Assembly: GCA_051294375.1 (NCBI GenBank)
Contig: CM119266.1
Span: forward strand, 19,541,657 to 19,605,656
DNA: 64,000 nt
Direction: 5' to 3'
DNA from: Paraspadella gotoi
Lineage: Eukaryota; Animalia; Chaetognatha
The stretch's first letter is position 1. Each line of letters begins with the position of its first letter. A program made the translations under genes and the position numbers. The notes under the pieces were generated by a model that was not told the DNA's origin, ran no database searches, and saw nothing but the letters and a program-made list of their open reading frames with translations. Shown piece after piece: positions 38,578-55,779 of the stretch.

Positions 38578-40896
38578 ATGAGAAACAAAGAGAAAGAGAG
38601 AAAGAAAGATAGAGAGTGAGCAGTAGTTAGTGAGCAGTAAGGCGGGCTATAATATAATATTTTTTTACAATATAAAATATTCCGCAATAAAATTATTTTA
38701 CCCTTTCATTACTAAATCTGTGTCTATTAGTATTTTTTTACGTTACTTTGTTGTATTGAAGCATTTCAATATTTAGTTATAGGTAAAAAATAGTTTAAAA
38801 ACTGTTTTACTAATTTTAAATTTTAAGCTTTAAAAGTTAAATGAGAGTTATTACTATTGCTATAGGAGAATTTTGATCAATTTTGATAAATTTTGATAAA
38901 TTTGAATAGATTTTTTGTTATATTTTGATAAAAAATTTTATATAGCTATAAAATGAATCCTAAAACTTTGTCATAGACATTTTAACAATAGATGTAGAGC
39001 GGAATTATTTTAGTTTTCAACCCGTTCCGCCTTTGTGAACACTGCTCACTGAGCATTGAGTGAGCAGTGCTTACTGCTTATTGAGCAGTTTGTGAGATAA
39101 AAGGGAGAGAGTTCGGGATTGGCCACTCGGTTGACGAGACAAGAAAGGCCACTGGATGAGTCTTTGTTGATGACACTGATATTCAAATAGAAAACCAGAA
39201 ATCTATGTCTTCCCTTCTTTCTCACCTTTCAGTTCTGAGCGGAAAAGGAAATTGTGAAGATTCGATTCCAGGTTATATTCTTCACTAAATGAGAATATTG
39301 TTTGAACAGTGCTTTAATCATGCAAATTATTAATAAATCAAACCAAATGCCATAAATAATCACCCAAGTAACTTTATTAGACATTGTCGCAGAGACGTTT
39401 GGTTTGTAGAACTTAATCAGCTCCAGATTGAGGAAACAAGCAACGAGAACAAGCAATAGAAGAACCAGTACAGATTTAAAGAATCATTATTAATTTCAGT
39501 TCACAAATATCAATTAATATCTGTATGGTTCTCAGAGGAATCTGTAAAGAATTTAAAATGTCTGTTCTTTTATATAAAAAAAACAAAAAATATATACAAC
39601 AGACAAAATATTTAGAACCAATAAGAGAATAGGTTTAATTTTTGTACTTTTTCACTTTTTTTTTAAATTACAAACACAATCTTCATCCGGCAAGGGATTC
39701 TACACTAATCACCGCTTTGTCGATTTCACTTCTCGTGTTTAGTAAATTTGTTTCTCCGTTTTCCGGTCTTGGTCCTTCGACATTATACCTTTTCAAACCG
39801 CATTTTCCGGGGCAAGAAGAGAGATTTTTACGTCTTCCCTTTTCTTCATTTTGCCAAATCCTCGATGCATCTTTCTTGTTTATGCCTTTCCCTTTTTTTC
39901 CTTTGCTTAGTAATTTTTACAACTTTTGTCTCTTTTGTTTATTTTAAACTATATATCGCCTTCTGTATTAGTCCGTGTCGTTGTTTTCGTCTCCTTTCGA
40001 TCACGAGGTAAATTCAAGTCCGGAGTCTCGGTCCTGGGTTTCGGTCCTGGGTTTCGTCTCTGCCTCTCGTCTTCAGGAATAATTATTAATTTGTGTGTTG
40101 TATACGATTTCATAAAATTGCCAAGCCCATTCATCAACAGTGCTAAGTGACACCCAACAAGCTTGTCCCTTTCACCATATTATAAGATTGCTCATCTGTA
40201 TTTAGTAGCTTGCCGCTGAATTATCGTGTGGAGTTCCGTCATTGTTTACTAAAACAAACTGGTTTTCCAACGGCTGAAGTTAATGTAGCAGATTTTAAGA
40301 TATGTTACGAGGTATTTTGTTGTTTTGTATTTAATTATTTATTATTGTGTTATTATTATTTTGTTTGGGGCCGAAAGAAAAACGTCGACGACGAGGAATC
40401 CAACGAATTCACCCCGGATGTGAAAGAGCCCCGGATGTGGAAGAACCCCGGATGTGAAAGGACCAAAGCCAAAGCGGCGGAAAGGAAGGAAAACAAAAGG
40501 GCGGTGTTTGGGAGAGAGTTTGCTCGGGGAGAATAAAGGGGGCGGAGGAGGAGGAAGAGGAAGAGGAAAAAGTAAAGGCGATGAAAAATATGAAGATAAA
40601 CATGGATAAGGTTACTCAGAAGTGAGCTCGGTCATTCTCAAGGTGTAAACGCTAAAGAGGGGAGAGAAAAGGGCTGTCGGTGTGAGAGAGAGTGAGAGAG
40701 AGAGAGTTGCATGCTCTCGAATTTATTCATGGTCAAAAATCCACTTCCTTTGTTACTTAATCGCCCAGCTAGAAATGCAGAAAAAATAAGTTATCTTCGG
40801 GATATACTAAAAAATATCACTATTCAGGTCGATACCGTAGATTAAGAAAAACTAAAATTTCATGGCACTAAGTGGCTAGCATAAGGACACATATGT

Positions 40897-40940
<44 letters not shown>

Positions 40941-43222
40941 ATTATTCATTTCACTTGTCGAATGCAGCCTCTTTGAGAGACGAACATCATTGGGACAAAT
41001 GCTAAAACCATTTGCTTCTCTTTTCATCCACGATTAGTTGAAAAGAGTTTCATCTCCTTTTTCCATTTTCTTTCTTTGTTTCCAGACTGGAAACACTTTT
41101 TTTTTCAATGGCAACACATTTTTCTATAGCAACACTTCTTTTGCTTCTTTCATTGGCTTCGGTGCGACGAAGTGTCGCCGCTAATTTCGTAAAATGATGA
41201 TTATGTTTATATTGATTTTATGTAATTATAGTTTACACTGACGTTATTGTTATTAACTTTAAAATATTTGGTTCAATTTATAGATAACGATTTATTTAGT
41301 CATTGACTGTTTTTCAATTCAGCAATTACGAAAGGGATCGAAAAGCCAGTTAAAAGTGTATTCATCTTCTTTCTTCCTAAAAATTTAATAATAAAAAGTA
41401 CTGACTTTTAATTTTGTGATTGTTTTCTTTTTTAATTTTTTGTTCATTTTTTTCTCAACTCTTTTTTCTCTCACTCTTGTTCATTTTCTGTTTTCTTTCG
41501 TCACACATTCTCTCTTATTCGAAATATATAATAATTTTATACATTAAATCTACACATTATTTCCTTAAAGTCCAAACGGGGTTCATTCCGTCCTCTTTCC
41601 CCATTTAGACACTTTCCCCTCGCGTCTTTTTTTTCCCCCCTCTCTTCCAGTGTTTCCAAGATTCCGCGATAACCATCACGAGGATCACGACTCATTTGTT
41701 GCGAATCACCGCGGAAAAGATTTAAATAGTATCACCAACATCGGCTTGAGTCGGTGTCGGCGCCTTGAGTCGGTGTCGGCTGCGGCTGCGGCTGCGGCTG
41801 CGGCTGCGGCTGCGGCTGCGACGTCGCCTGCATCGGCGTCGATATCGTCAACGGTTATTGAGGCGTCGTTAAAGGGTCTTCTCTCGCTCGGTTAATATCA
41901 GTAAAGCTTCTTTTAACTTTTATCTATTGAACATCCATGTAGTTCCCCCTAACAATCAAGCTTTGCTATTGCTTCCGCGTTTGTAATTCCTCTGTATAAT
42001 CAAGACTACCAACCTCTTTTTGTTGCTGTATTCAGAGTTCACATTCATGACTTAACAATTGGTTTCCACGTTTGAAAGCTATCGTGTGGAACAACGTAAT
42101 AAGGCAATTTCGGTCGGTCGGACGGTATATATGTCGGTCTGTCCGTTGGTTTGTCCTACTTACATTAAAAATGGTCAACTCAAATGATCCAAAATTTAAT
42201 GCAGCTTAAATTTGGTTGCTCTTTTGTTATTTTCGCTTAAATTTGGTTGCTCTCTTGTTATTTTCGCTGACTCGCTGTCATTGCCTACTTTCTATACTAA
42301 TTGAAAAATAGGCCTCATTATCATCTCTTAAGACCTTCCTGTCATTGTCAAAGAACCAACCCTAAACGACCCAGTAATTCCAACTCTCTCTCTCTCTCCC
42401 TCTCTCTCTCCTCTCTCTTCTCCTCTCTCTCTCTCTCTCTCTCCTCCTCTCTCTCTCTCTCTCCCTCCTCTCCGCAAAGCAACTCGTAAAAAAAGTCCTA
42501 CTCCCTCTCTTTTTTTCTCCCCTAACTCTCTCTCTCTCGATGGGAGTAACGCTTTAGGGGGCGTGGTGCTGCTGACGACGACACTCGCCCTCCATCGTCT
42601 TCGTCGGCGACCATTCCACGCAACATATGCACATATCGCCCGAAAACGTTCTTTTGTGTGGCGAGGATAATGCCATATTTACATAAACGCCTTTCTCAGT
42701 CTATAAAGCGGCTCATCCCCGAAGGCTACCATCCCCATTCTTCGACCCACGCTGCCCTATCCTTTCTCACTGTTATATCCCTCTCTCTCTTTTTCCATCC
42801 GGACCGCTCTGCCCACATTCTAACTTACCCTATCCCTACCCGCTCTCAACGCCCACGCCTGATAAAGCTTCCTTCGGCCTAATTAAATGCAAATCCGCCA
42901 GGGGGGGTGTTCGGTGCCGAAGAAACCGCCGCCATCTTCATATTCCTAGCACATTTCAATGAAGCCCCCCGGTTCGATTTCATTTAAAACGCTTTCCCCA
43001 CTTCCTTCAAACCAGCTTGGCCCCGTTAGGCGCATAATGAATGTCATTAATGATCCTCGGTAACCGTAATTGTTTTCGAACAGGGACGGGGTTACCGGCG
43101 CTGGTTAATTGTCCGTTTAATGGGTATTTAGGAGTTATTGTTATGGCGGAACATCTTAAAGATGGCGCTTTGCCTTTGCCGTTCGGATAAGTTGTTGATC
43201 GGAAACCCGGGAGAATGAGTTT

Positions 43223-43332
<110 letters not shown>

Positions 43333-44690
43333 GGTCGTGGAGGAAACGAGTCGGATGGTCGGAAGGGAAAAAATGTGGCGGGAAATATGAGGCTCACGTG
43401 ACGTGATTTCAGGAGGTGAAAGGAAGAGGAGGGGGAGGAGGAGGAAGAGGAATGGTGGTTGAAAACGGGAGAGTTTTCAGTGAAGGCTTTGAATCCCTCC
43501 CATCTGGCTCATGGTTTCCATCCAGAATGGAATACAAGATTTCTCTGGATCATTCGTGCCGATCAAGTCCCAGGACTGACTATCTTTTTTTTGAATTATA
43601 TTAAACAACCGGAGCTTCGTTATTCCACTGAGGGAAGTAAAAAAAAAAATCACCGCAGTTCAGATCAATCGCTTTTGTTTTATTAGTAATAATAAATCAA
43701 TTCATCAAGAGAAAAAGGCATGCGATTTGCGAAATCTGAAATTAAAGAGACATAAACTTCGCACTTAATAGAGCAAACGAAAATCCAACGAAGCGAATGC
43801 ACTTCACTAAAAATTGTTTAATCGATAAAGATACAATTTTGTAATGCTTTATGTAAAACTTGTTTGCGTGTCAAGGCGGTCTCCCGTTTTAATTCGGCCC
43901 TCACTCATCATGTGATAGCCTTAGTAGCTGAAAATTAATTAATCTTCTATTTTCTCATAATCTCGTTACGGTAACATGTGCTTCTTTTACTCACAATTGA
44001 GTCGAAGCAAAACTAATCTCCACAAAATCAACAATTAACAAGGAAATGAGTATCAAATTCACAAAGATATTTATGGCACATTGTAGGCACTATTGAGATT
44101 GTATTAGTTGTGTAATATATACGTATTTAGATAAGCTAAAGGTAATAGGAAAAAGCGCAAAAAAAAACAACACTACCGTTGTATTAAACTATTAATACTA
44201 ATAATACTAAAAATGCTTTTTCGTTTCTTATTTACATATAAAGGAACAAGGTAAGGCAATCCCCAGTCGGGGCGAATTCTGTGGGTGACTCAGAGATATC
44301 TACAAAATTAAGTAACTTATCGTAACTCCTATATCCTATAAAGGATAATTATTTTATTTGCCCCCATGAGTTAATATATTAATATATATGTATTAATATA
44401 TAATATATAGATTAATATATTCAAGCAAGTATTTTTTTAATCAGAATTTAGTTATTATAAAAAAACGGTTTTAATTGATTTAATTAGAATATTTAAATGT
44501 AAATAAAAACTTTTGATAACTTTTAATAATTTTATATATATTTTACTTTATAAAAGAATGAAATTTAATGGGGTAAAGCTGGAAGAGGTATGAAAATACT
44601 TGTAAATCTTATGAGGATTTCTTTACTTTTAGATAAAAGAGAGAGGAGAGGCGAGAGAGGAGAGTGAAAAGTAAGAAAGAATTGAAAAGA

Positions 44691-44727
<37 letters not shown>

Positions 44728-44919
44728 GAGAGAGAGAGAGAAGAGAGAGAGAGAGAAGAGAGAGAGAAGAGAGAGAGAGACAGAGAATCTGACAAGGCCC
44801 AACGTCAGACTTCTGTGTCGAGTTGATTTATTTGTTTTCCAGAGGAAAAACAAAAGGTGAAACTCATTAAATAAACGATAAACACAAGAGAAAAAGCAAC
44901 AGCAACAAAAACCACAACA

Positions 44920-44958
<39 letters not shown>

Positions 44959-45307
44959 TCAACGGACTCGCCGACAGCTTCGGTCGAGACGCAAAACAAA
45001 AGCTTCTTTTTTTTAAATTTTTTCAAATAACTTCAGTCAACCGGGAAAGAAGTTAAAAGCGATGATAGGGAGAAAGGGGTTGTGGGCGTGGAATCTAATC
45101 AAACCTACGCCACTCCCACCTCACGGTTTGGATTTAAATCCCGGCTGCTAATTGAATATAATCCGCGCCACTTCCGGTTTTAACGCCCAAGGCCGAGGAT
45201 TTTCCTTTCCCGGAATTTTTAAAACCCGGATGTAACTTAATTAAAGGGAATCGACTCTCAAAAATGTCTCCAGCTTCGAGGGGAAGAATCGACAGGTGAA
45301 GAGAATG

Positions 45308-45364
<57 letters not shown>

Positions 45365-45505
45365 AAATTGAGAATGGAGATTGTAAACACTCTTCTGTAT
45401 GACAACGTGTCCCAACTCGTGACGATATACGAAAAAAAAAGTAATGAATCCATTGGAATCCAATAAAACAAGAGCAACAAGAAGGAACAGACAGAAATGG
45501 GTTAA

Positions 45506-45565
<60 letters not shown>

Positions 45566-46310
45566 TTTTGATGATTCATGCGTTAAATCATGCGATTATG
45601 AGAGAGGGAAGAAAGGAGGAAACCTGTTGTGATGAATGGATGAATGCTGAAGTGGATGGGGAAAGAAGGAAGTAAGGGAGAGACGTAAGGGAGAAAAGGA
45701 GGGAAGGAAGGAAGGGAGAGAAGGAAGGGAGAGAAGTAAGGAAGGGAGAGAATGAAGGAAGGAAGGAGGTTAGGGAAGGAAGGAAGGGAAGGAGAGAATT
45801 TAGGAGGGCAGGGAAGTAAGAAAAAGAAGGAGAGTAAGGGCGAGAAAACCTTTTACCAGACTTGGCAGACTTACCCTACTATATTCCACACTTTCTGCTC
45901 TCATCTAAAAAATAACTTACTTTTTTTCTCATTTACTTATTTAAACTTAATAATTTCCTCTCCATTAAAAAAATTCCTCTTCGGTTTCTTCGATTATATC
46001 TTTCCTTCTCCCTTACCCACTCGGCCTTCCTACTTATCATTCATCCATCCATCCATCCATCCATCCTTTCATCCATCCATCCATCCATCCATCCATCTAT
46101 CCTTTCATCCATCCATCCATACATCCAACCATCCATCCATCCATCCATCCATCCTTCCACCGACGTCTGACTTATATCTTTCCGCCAACTACCTCAGCTC
46201 CCCCTCGTGGCTTCTTCGTCCTTTTCACATCCTCCCATCCTCATTTCTATCCCTGCCCGATTCTATCTTCTACCCAAACCTCAACCTTTCTTTCCCCATC
46301 CCTCAACCAC

Positions 46311-46852
46311 TCGGCGCTATTTTCCGAGAGCGACCAATTTCGATTCCTAATCCTAAAACTTAATATTAACTGTAATATCTAGCTCTAATCTTTTTCCAAA
46401 ATTTAATCCAATACCTAACCATTATCACTAACCCTAACCTAAACCCTAATCCCTTACTTTTATCCCTTACATTATCCTTAACTTTATTTTTTAACCTTGA
46501 ACCCCAACCCTAATCCCTAACCAAAACTCTAACCAAACGCCTAACCCTGTTCTACACCATTGCTCCAATTAACAAATTATTAAATTAATTATTTGGTGTA
46601 ATTCTTTTTTTTCATTGTGTATGACTAATAGTATAATAAGTAATAGAGAAAACGAAAATATTTTAACACCGATTTTTATTTTAGATAAAGACAAATAAAA
46701 TAAAAATCATTGTTGAAACACAAATATTTTCGTTTTCTCTATTAAATTGATTATTAAATTAAATAAGCTAATGAAAACTAATTATCAAACCTAAAAACGA
46801 AATTTAATTCCGAATTCAAGTTGAAACGTCGCGCTTTCGGAATAGAGAACCA
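46311..46852 (+). mobile_element. MITE-like element R2 copy
   Basis: gctattttccgagagcgaccaatttc ... accctaacctaaaccctaatccc ... aatttaattccgaattcaagttgaaacgtcgcgctttcggaatagagaacc. Confidence 0.65.
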
Positions 46853-47308
46853 GCCACTCGCCCCCCCAGTCCCCCCCTCCTCTCCTTGCAACCGAAGTCC
46901 TCTCTCGAATTCAAATGCGTTTTTTTCCGCGTCTCGTGATTCCGACGCAAAAACCGGAAGCGGAACGAAACGAGCGCCACGCGCGCGGGAGAGGGAGAGA
47001 GGGGGGGAAGAGGGAGAAAGAGAGAGGGGGGGAGAAAGGAAGGGTGGCCGGGAAGGGGAAGATAAAGAGACGGAGAGAAAGAGCGGGAGAGAGGCGACCC
47101 GGCAGCGCGTGAAAGAGAGAGAGAGATTAGTAGAGACTAGAGAGGGAAAAAAAAGAATGGCAGATAAAAATTAATAAAGAAAGGAATAAACAGAAAAGGC
47201 TAAAAAAATATTTAGGGTGAGAGTGAGAGAGAGACAGAGAGAGAGACAGATACCACCAAGACGTCGGCGAGATCCGAAAATGCTCGGGCATTAGCTTACA
47301 CTGCGGCA

Positions 47309-47327
<19 letters not shown>

Positions 47328-47374
<47 letters not shown>
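47328..47374. repeat. (GCC)n microsatellite
   Basis: About 15 gcc units. Confidence 0.95.
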
Positions 47375-47376
<2 letters not shown>

Positions 47377-48849
47377 CCCGAGGGAATCGAGACTGGAACC
47401 GAAAAACATCCAGCGTCGATCGAACCCGGGATTTGGAAAAAAGGAGGAAGAAAAGAAAAAAGAAAAAAGGAGAAAGAAAGGAAAAGAGAAAAAAGGAGGA
47501 ATGAAAAATAACAGAAAAAAAAGGAAGGAAAGAAAAGATAAAAAAGGAGGAAGGAAAGAAAAGATAAAAAAGATGGAAAGAAAAAAAGAGAAAGAAGGAG
47601 ACAGGAAAGAAAAAAGAAAGAAGGAGGAAAGAAAGAAAAGAGAAAAAAGGGAGGAAGGAAAGAAAAGAGAAAAAAGGAAAAGGGAGAAATTAGAAGAAAA
47701 TAAAAAAAATTGGAGGCAAAGAAGAAAAGATTGTGTTGGAAAAAAGAAATGATAACAAGAGGGATGAGATGACAATGAAGAAACTGAAAATAAAAGTGAG
47801 AAGGAAATTACAAATATTAAGAGAATAAAGATAAGAGACCGGGTCGGCGATGTAGGACATAGAAATTAATATAGGCCAAGCTATTTAGTGCAGATCCTGA
47901 ATTGACTTTCTAAAAAACTCGGCCTCAGCACAACTCTCCTTACGCCTTCTGCTTCTCGACTTCGCCATGAAAAAATAAAAAAATAAACAAAAAAAATGTT
48001 TTTGAAAAAAACGGATAAATGCGGAAAATGATCCTAGAAAGCTTTTCAAAGTTCGGCTTTGGGGAACAACCGTTGAAGAAAGAAAATCGAAAAAATTTAT
48101 ATTAAAGAAAAAAAGGAGAAAAAAATTAAGAAAGTCAAATAAATAGAAAAAAATTGGTTAAAAAATGAGAAAAAGGGAAAAAAAATATGAAAGACGGCGT
48201 TTTATCTTTATCCCTCAAAGGACAAGACAGTAGACAAGTCGGTCTTGCGTCGTCGTCGTCGTCGTCGTCGTTAAAAATCGGTTGATTTCGTGCTTGAAAA
48301 GTTTTTTGTGAGAAAAAGTACCGTAAACATCGAAGAAACAACACCGTCTTTCATTGCAAAGCAGTCGCAAGCAACACTACAACAAGCGAAGCAAATCTCT
48401 GTTTCATAAATCCAAGATGGAATAAATTCAGCGAGCCAGCTTAAATCCGTTGGCACAGAGCGAGCCGCAGTCATTTAGGAATGACATTGAGAAACGGAAA
48501 AGTCACAACTTCGAGTCAGACTCGACCCAGTTACACTTCGTCGTCTGAATCTTCGCAGGACGCGAGAGCCATCCTCACTTGGGAAGGATTAACCTGAAAG
48601 TCGAACGTGACGTTTTAAAAACGCGAAATGGAAGCGAATATGAGAAGGGAAGAGGAGGAAGGGAAGATGAGAAATGTGAAGAAGGGAGAAAGAGTTGTAT
48701 GGTTTGCATAGAAGAGAGATGTGGGAGGATAAGAAAGGATGAGAGAGAGATTTGAAAAGGGAGAGAAGCTTAGAATAAAAAAAAAAGATGGCATGAAAAA
48801 AAAAACTGTTAGGAAGGGAAAAGGCAGGATAAAGGAGGGAGAAAGGCAA

Positions 48850-49070
48850 AAGCAGGGTAAAGGAGGGAGCAAGGCGAAGCAGGGTAAAAGAGGGAGTAAG
48901 GCAAAGAAGGGTAAAGGAGGGAGTAAGGCGAAGCAGGGTAACGGAGGGAGTAAGGCAAAGCAGGGTAAAGGAAGGAGCAAGGCAAAGCAGGGTAAAGGAA
49001 GGAGCAATGAAAAGTAGGGTAAAGGAGGGAGTAAGGCGAAGCAGGGTAAAGGAGGGAGTAAGGCAAAGCA
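48850..49070. repeat. Tandem repeat, 27-bp unit x ~8
   Basis: gcagggtaaaggagggagtaaggcgaa variants, which give the spurious 9-aa-repeat ORFs. Confidence 0.9.
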
Positions 49071-49157
49071 AAGGCGATGAAAGGAGAAAACTGTTAAAAA
49101 GGAGAAATATGTCATTCAGCCACAAGAAGTGAAAGATGAGTGGCTGGGGACACTTTT

Positions 49158-49220
<63 letters not shown>

Positions 49221-49617
49221 TCGTTTTTCCTTACCGATGTTAAGTTGTAAAGAACCATGTTTCACCCTCTCTTTAAAATCTCATATGAATTTCAATGAGA
49301 TCGAAAGATCGTTTCTTGTCTCGACTCCTCTTTCTCTTTCGGTTCAACACCCTAAGCTTTGAAAAGTGTTCGTCGTCAGCGTCGCTTTGTCGACATGACT
49401 ATCGACTAATGCAGCTTATGATGACGTCCATCTCACCCTCTTTCGAATAATATCAGTGCAACATTCGTAGTCAGTGGAAATGAAAATAAAGATCGAAGAA
49501 AAAAAAAAAAACAAAAGTCACTTTACTTTCTTGAATCCAGAAATCTAAGATTGATTTTCTGTCATTACAAAGGCGGTTGTTTATACAAAAAAATGATTCA
49601 ACTCTCTCTCCTCTCTC

Positions 49618-49694
<77 letters not shown>

Positions 49695-50003
49695 CCCGAA
49701 GAACATGTTTTCAAAACAAGAAGCAGTTACTTCTATTTCTTCCACCAAGAATCAGTGGCCGATGAATTGTCTTTTTTTTTTTTTTATCAAAGCCTCGATT
49801 TCATCTCAACAAAAACTGAAACGAAAAAACGTTTCAAAACAAATCCAACCGGCCAAGAGGCCCCGGTCGACCGGTGAATGATTTATAACTCTTATAATAG
49901 ATAACGGATGGCGGCATTAACTGTAACCGATTAAAGTCAGACCGCATTGGCGATCAAAATTAAACATTAGTCGTTTCATTCGTCGTTTCGTAGTTGAATA
50001 TAT

Positions 50004-52425
<2,422 letters not shown>

Positions 52426-52538
52426 CTGAAATATAAAAGAAAATCCAAATTTAGGTTAAGATTTTGAAAGCCATCTCTCTTTTCTCAATTTATGGTTTCT
52501 TCTTTTTATTTCATTTCAGTTTTTCTTTCGTCCCACGG

Positions 52539-52607
<69 letters not shown>

Positions 52608-52834
52608 GAGAGAGTGAGAGAGAGATTATCCGTTCCAAAAAAGTGTTATGACCTGAAAGAAAAGAAATTGTTTTTCCATTCTTCTCTCTTGTTTTCTTTT
52701 CTTATTCTTTTTATTCTCATGTTTTTGTTGCGTGATTTCGTCCTTCTAATCTCACAATGAAAAGATTCACATTTTCGACATCACACTCACAAACCGCGAT
52801 GGAAAGGAACTTGCTAGAAAATTTCATAAAAAAA

Positions 52835-53050
52835 ATATTAAATTATTCATTCATTTTTTAAACAAGCCATCTTGCACCAGAGTTTGGACAGGCTATGGTT
52901 AATGACTCCATTCCTCTTACAAGATAATATCATAGCAGAACGCTGCAAGCTTTCAATCAAGACTTTCTCACAGTCTAGTTCATTCACTCCCAAAGTACCA
53001 ATCTAATCTATCAATTAGTGAGAGAATGTTTCAATTGTACAAAAAGATCA
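52835..53050 (-). repeat. Dispersed repeat family R1 copy
   Basis: tttggacaggctatggt...cttacaagataat...gcaagctttcaatcaagact...cacagtct...cattcactccc matches R1. Confidence 0.8.
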
Positions 53051-55779
53051 TTCTCTCAAGTATTGAATCGTGGAACTCAATATCGTACTCCGCACAAGCA
53101 TCAAAAGTCGACGTGAGAATTAGAATACATACTAATGATAAAAATAATAGTCATAATTCCCCTTCGAATTAGCCTAAGTCGAAAGCATCACAGCGTAGAT
53201 TGTTCTTCCATTGTGCTTCACGAATCTCCTTAATGTTTTTTCTCTCCTCGCCTCGTCAGGGGCGCCGTCCCCGTCAGAAATCATGCTTACTTTTTTTAAA
53301 AGCAAATTATTTTTTTTAAAAAACCTCGTTTCCGCGCGAAGAATTTTATTTTGAGTATAAATCGTGATTTTTTAATGCGCGGCCGGGGCCTGGTTTATCC
53401 ACAACAGCTCTATTCGCGAGACGGGCTTCGCCTGGCTGGCGAAAGCAGAGACTTTGGTAGTACTAATTATTTTCTACCCAGGCGTCGCCTGCTAGGTTAT
53501 CACCATGCTTCACCAGCCTAAAGCCCATCCACTCCTTGGCCTGCCAATCCTTGGCCTGACAATCCCCGTCCAATGTTGAAAGCTCATCTGCCAAAGCGTC
53601 TCGTTCACACCTGCGACTCGGTGACTTCCCCCGGAGACGTTTACATCTCACGGATCCGCGTTGTCTCGCCGTCTTTAAGATTTATTAACATTTTCTCACC
53701 GAGGAGCAGTTTTCTTCTTCGCAGCGGAAAATGGGCGGTTCCTTTTCCTTATCTCGGTCGAGGGAGAAAAGTCGTTGTCTGCGATCAGAAAGGAAGTCCA
53801 CGAACATCATTCTTAGTCCTTAGTCTGGTTTTATGCCACCTCATCCGCTATTTTTACACCTGCATCCATTTGACCACGCTTGCCCGCCAGTAGAGCTTCG
53901 TGAAAGTAGTGTATCAAGTACATAAAATTCATACACATTACACTCTTCCAATGATCTTTATTTTATGAAAAAAAAAATTTGCTGTGAATTTTTTAAAAAA
54001 TTAAATGGTTTTTTTTCTAAAATTTTAATGCATATTTAAACTATTTTTTTTTTTTAATATGATTTACGGTTAAAACAACGAATTTGAACTTAATCAAGAA
54101 TTCCAATAGAAGGAAGATTTATTATGACACATTTGAATCGATTATGAAATCTTACGTGAGACTACCTTAATTTATGTATAAATATAGCTCAATGCGTTCA
54201 TCGAAAAATAGATAAATAATAATAAGTTTTATAAAATAATTCTTAAACTTTGCTAATTTATAATGATATAACATCATGTGTCGTACATTATTGTATAATC
54301 AATTTTTTTAGTTTTATATATTTTATACATATTGATAATTTTGACTACACCTTACCCACCTAACCTTACCCACCTTACCCACCCACCTGTTCCTCATTCG
54401 TTCGATCGACCTCAGGCGGTGATTCTGGAAAGTAAGTCGCGAATCTGGCGGCGGATTTGGGCGACTGCTTCAGCTCCTCCGTGGTGCCGCAGAGGAGGTT
54501 CGGGGGTGCCCAGTCGCAACCGCTGGCGAATGGCCGGGGTTCCACCATGAGTGGGCGACGCGGGGGCGACGTCACTAACGGAGGCGTGGCGCAGTGACGC
54601 GGGCCCCCGCGAACGCCATCTAACGAACCGCGGGAAATCGGAGAACTAATGCCTGATCGAAATTTTAAGAAGAGATGAAATTAGAATTTGGAAATTTCAT
54701 GAAAAATCGAGCGAGAGATTTACTAGAAATCGGACGTTGAAGAATTTTTACGTCATTTGTGTCGTCGTCATCTTCGTCATTTGCTTCGTCGTGTTTTCGT
54801 CTCAGACTTTTTTCGTCATCTCGTTGTCGCGTTTCTGAAAAAAAAGAGGGAAAAATCAATTAGATTAAAAAGTGACTCAGATCACTAACATTTTTTTAGC
54901 GACAGGAATCCATACACACAGTTTAACTTTAATATATCTCCCCAAGCAGCATTTTTCTCTAGCAAGCTATTCGCCCTTTAAAATACTCCGACGCTTTTCT
55001 TTTTTTACAATATCTTCCTTTTTTTTTCAGCCTCTTTTCACTACGCACGTTTTTTTCTTTTTCAAATGCAAATTCGTCTCTTTTGGCACGAGACGGTGAA
55101 CCGAACGACGACGAAAACGACGACGGTAATGACGACGAAAACGACGACAAATATGTGGACGAAGATGGTAGCTTGGCTTCGACGACGACGACGACGACAA
55201 CAACAACAACTAAAAACACAACGACGCTCGTTTCGCCCCGGAAACCGTTTATGATAACGAGGCCGCCGTTACACCCGGCGGTTGACGTCCCGACGGCACC
55301 TGACAAAAGCACCCGCGAGTGGCACCTGTAGTGGCAAACGAAACGGTGCTTCGATAAAAAACTACGAGATGGTAAGTTATGAAAAAAAAATGCATGACCC
55401 AATTTAGAGAAAAAGAAGAAGAAGAAAAAAAGAATTACTGAGAGATGAAACGAAGCCTTTGATTGAATTCATCGAATGAAGGGAAAAAAAAAAGAATCAA
55501 AGTTTAAAAAAAAAAAAAAAACATGAATGAAGAGATTTTCTCGGTTTTAATGCCTGACATCATCTGTGGAGAGAAGTTGTTCCATCAAAAAACAATCTGC
55601 ACTGAATCAATTCACTGAATCAATTCACTCAATCAAAACCAGGAATTCCTCCCCCTTTTTTTTTACTTTTTAGCAAAAGAATAAATTTTCTTTCCTTTTT
55701 TTTGAAATTCGTCAACGAAACGAAATCGTTGACATCCGACGCTCATTTTTAAGTCACGCGTAGGACTCGAAAAGAAATT

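Noticed and set aside
40020-40082. Minus-strand ctgaaga...gaaac resembling a minimal hammerhead ribozyme
   Set aside because: Stem II does not pair (C opposite C at its base), and no stem I/III or cleavage triplet could be assigned.
46430-46550. CCCTAA tracts as a true telomere or fusion site
   Set aside because: They are degenerate, short and enclosed by the R2 element ends.
55083-55375. Acidic/Thr-rich plus-strand ORF followed by a gtaagt donor
   Set aside because: It is built from GAC/ACA repeats, with no homology and no partner exons.
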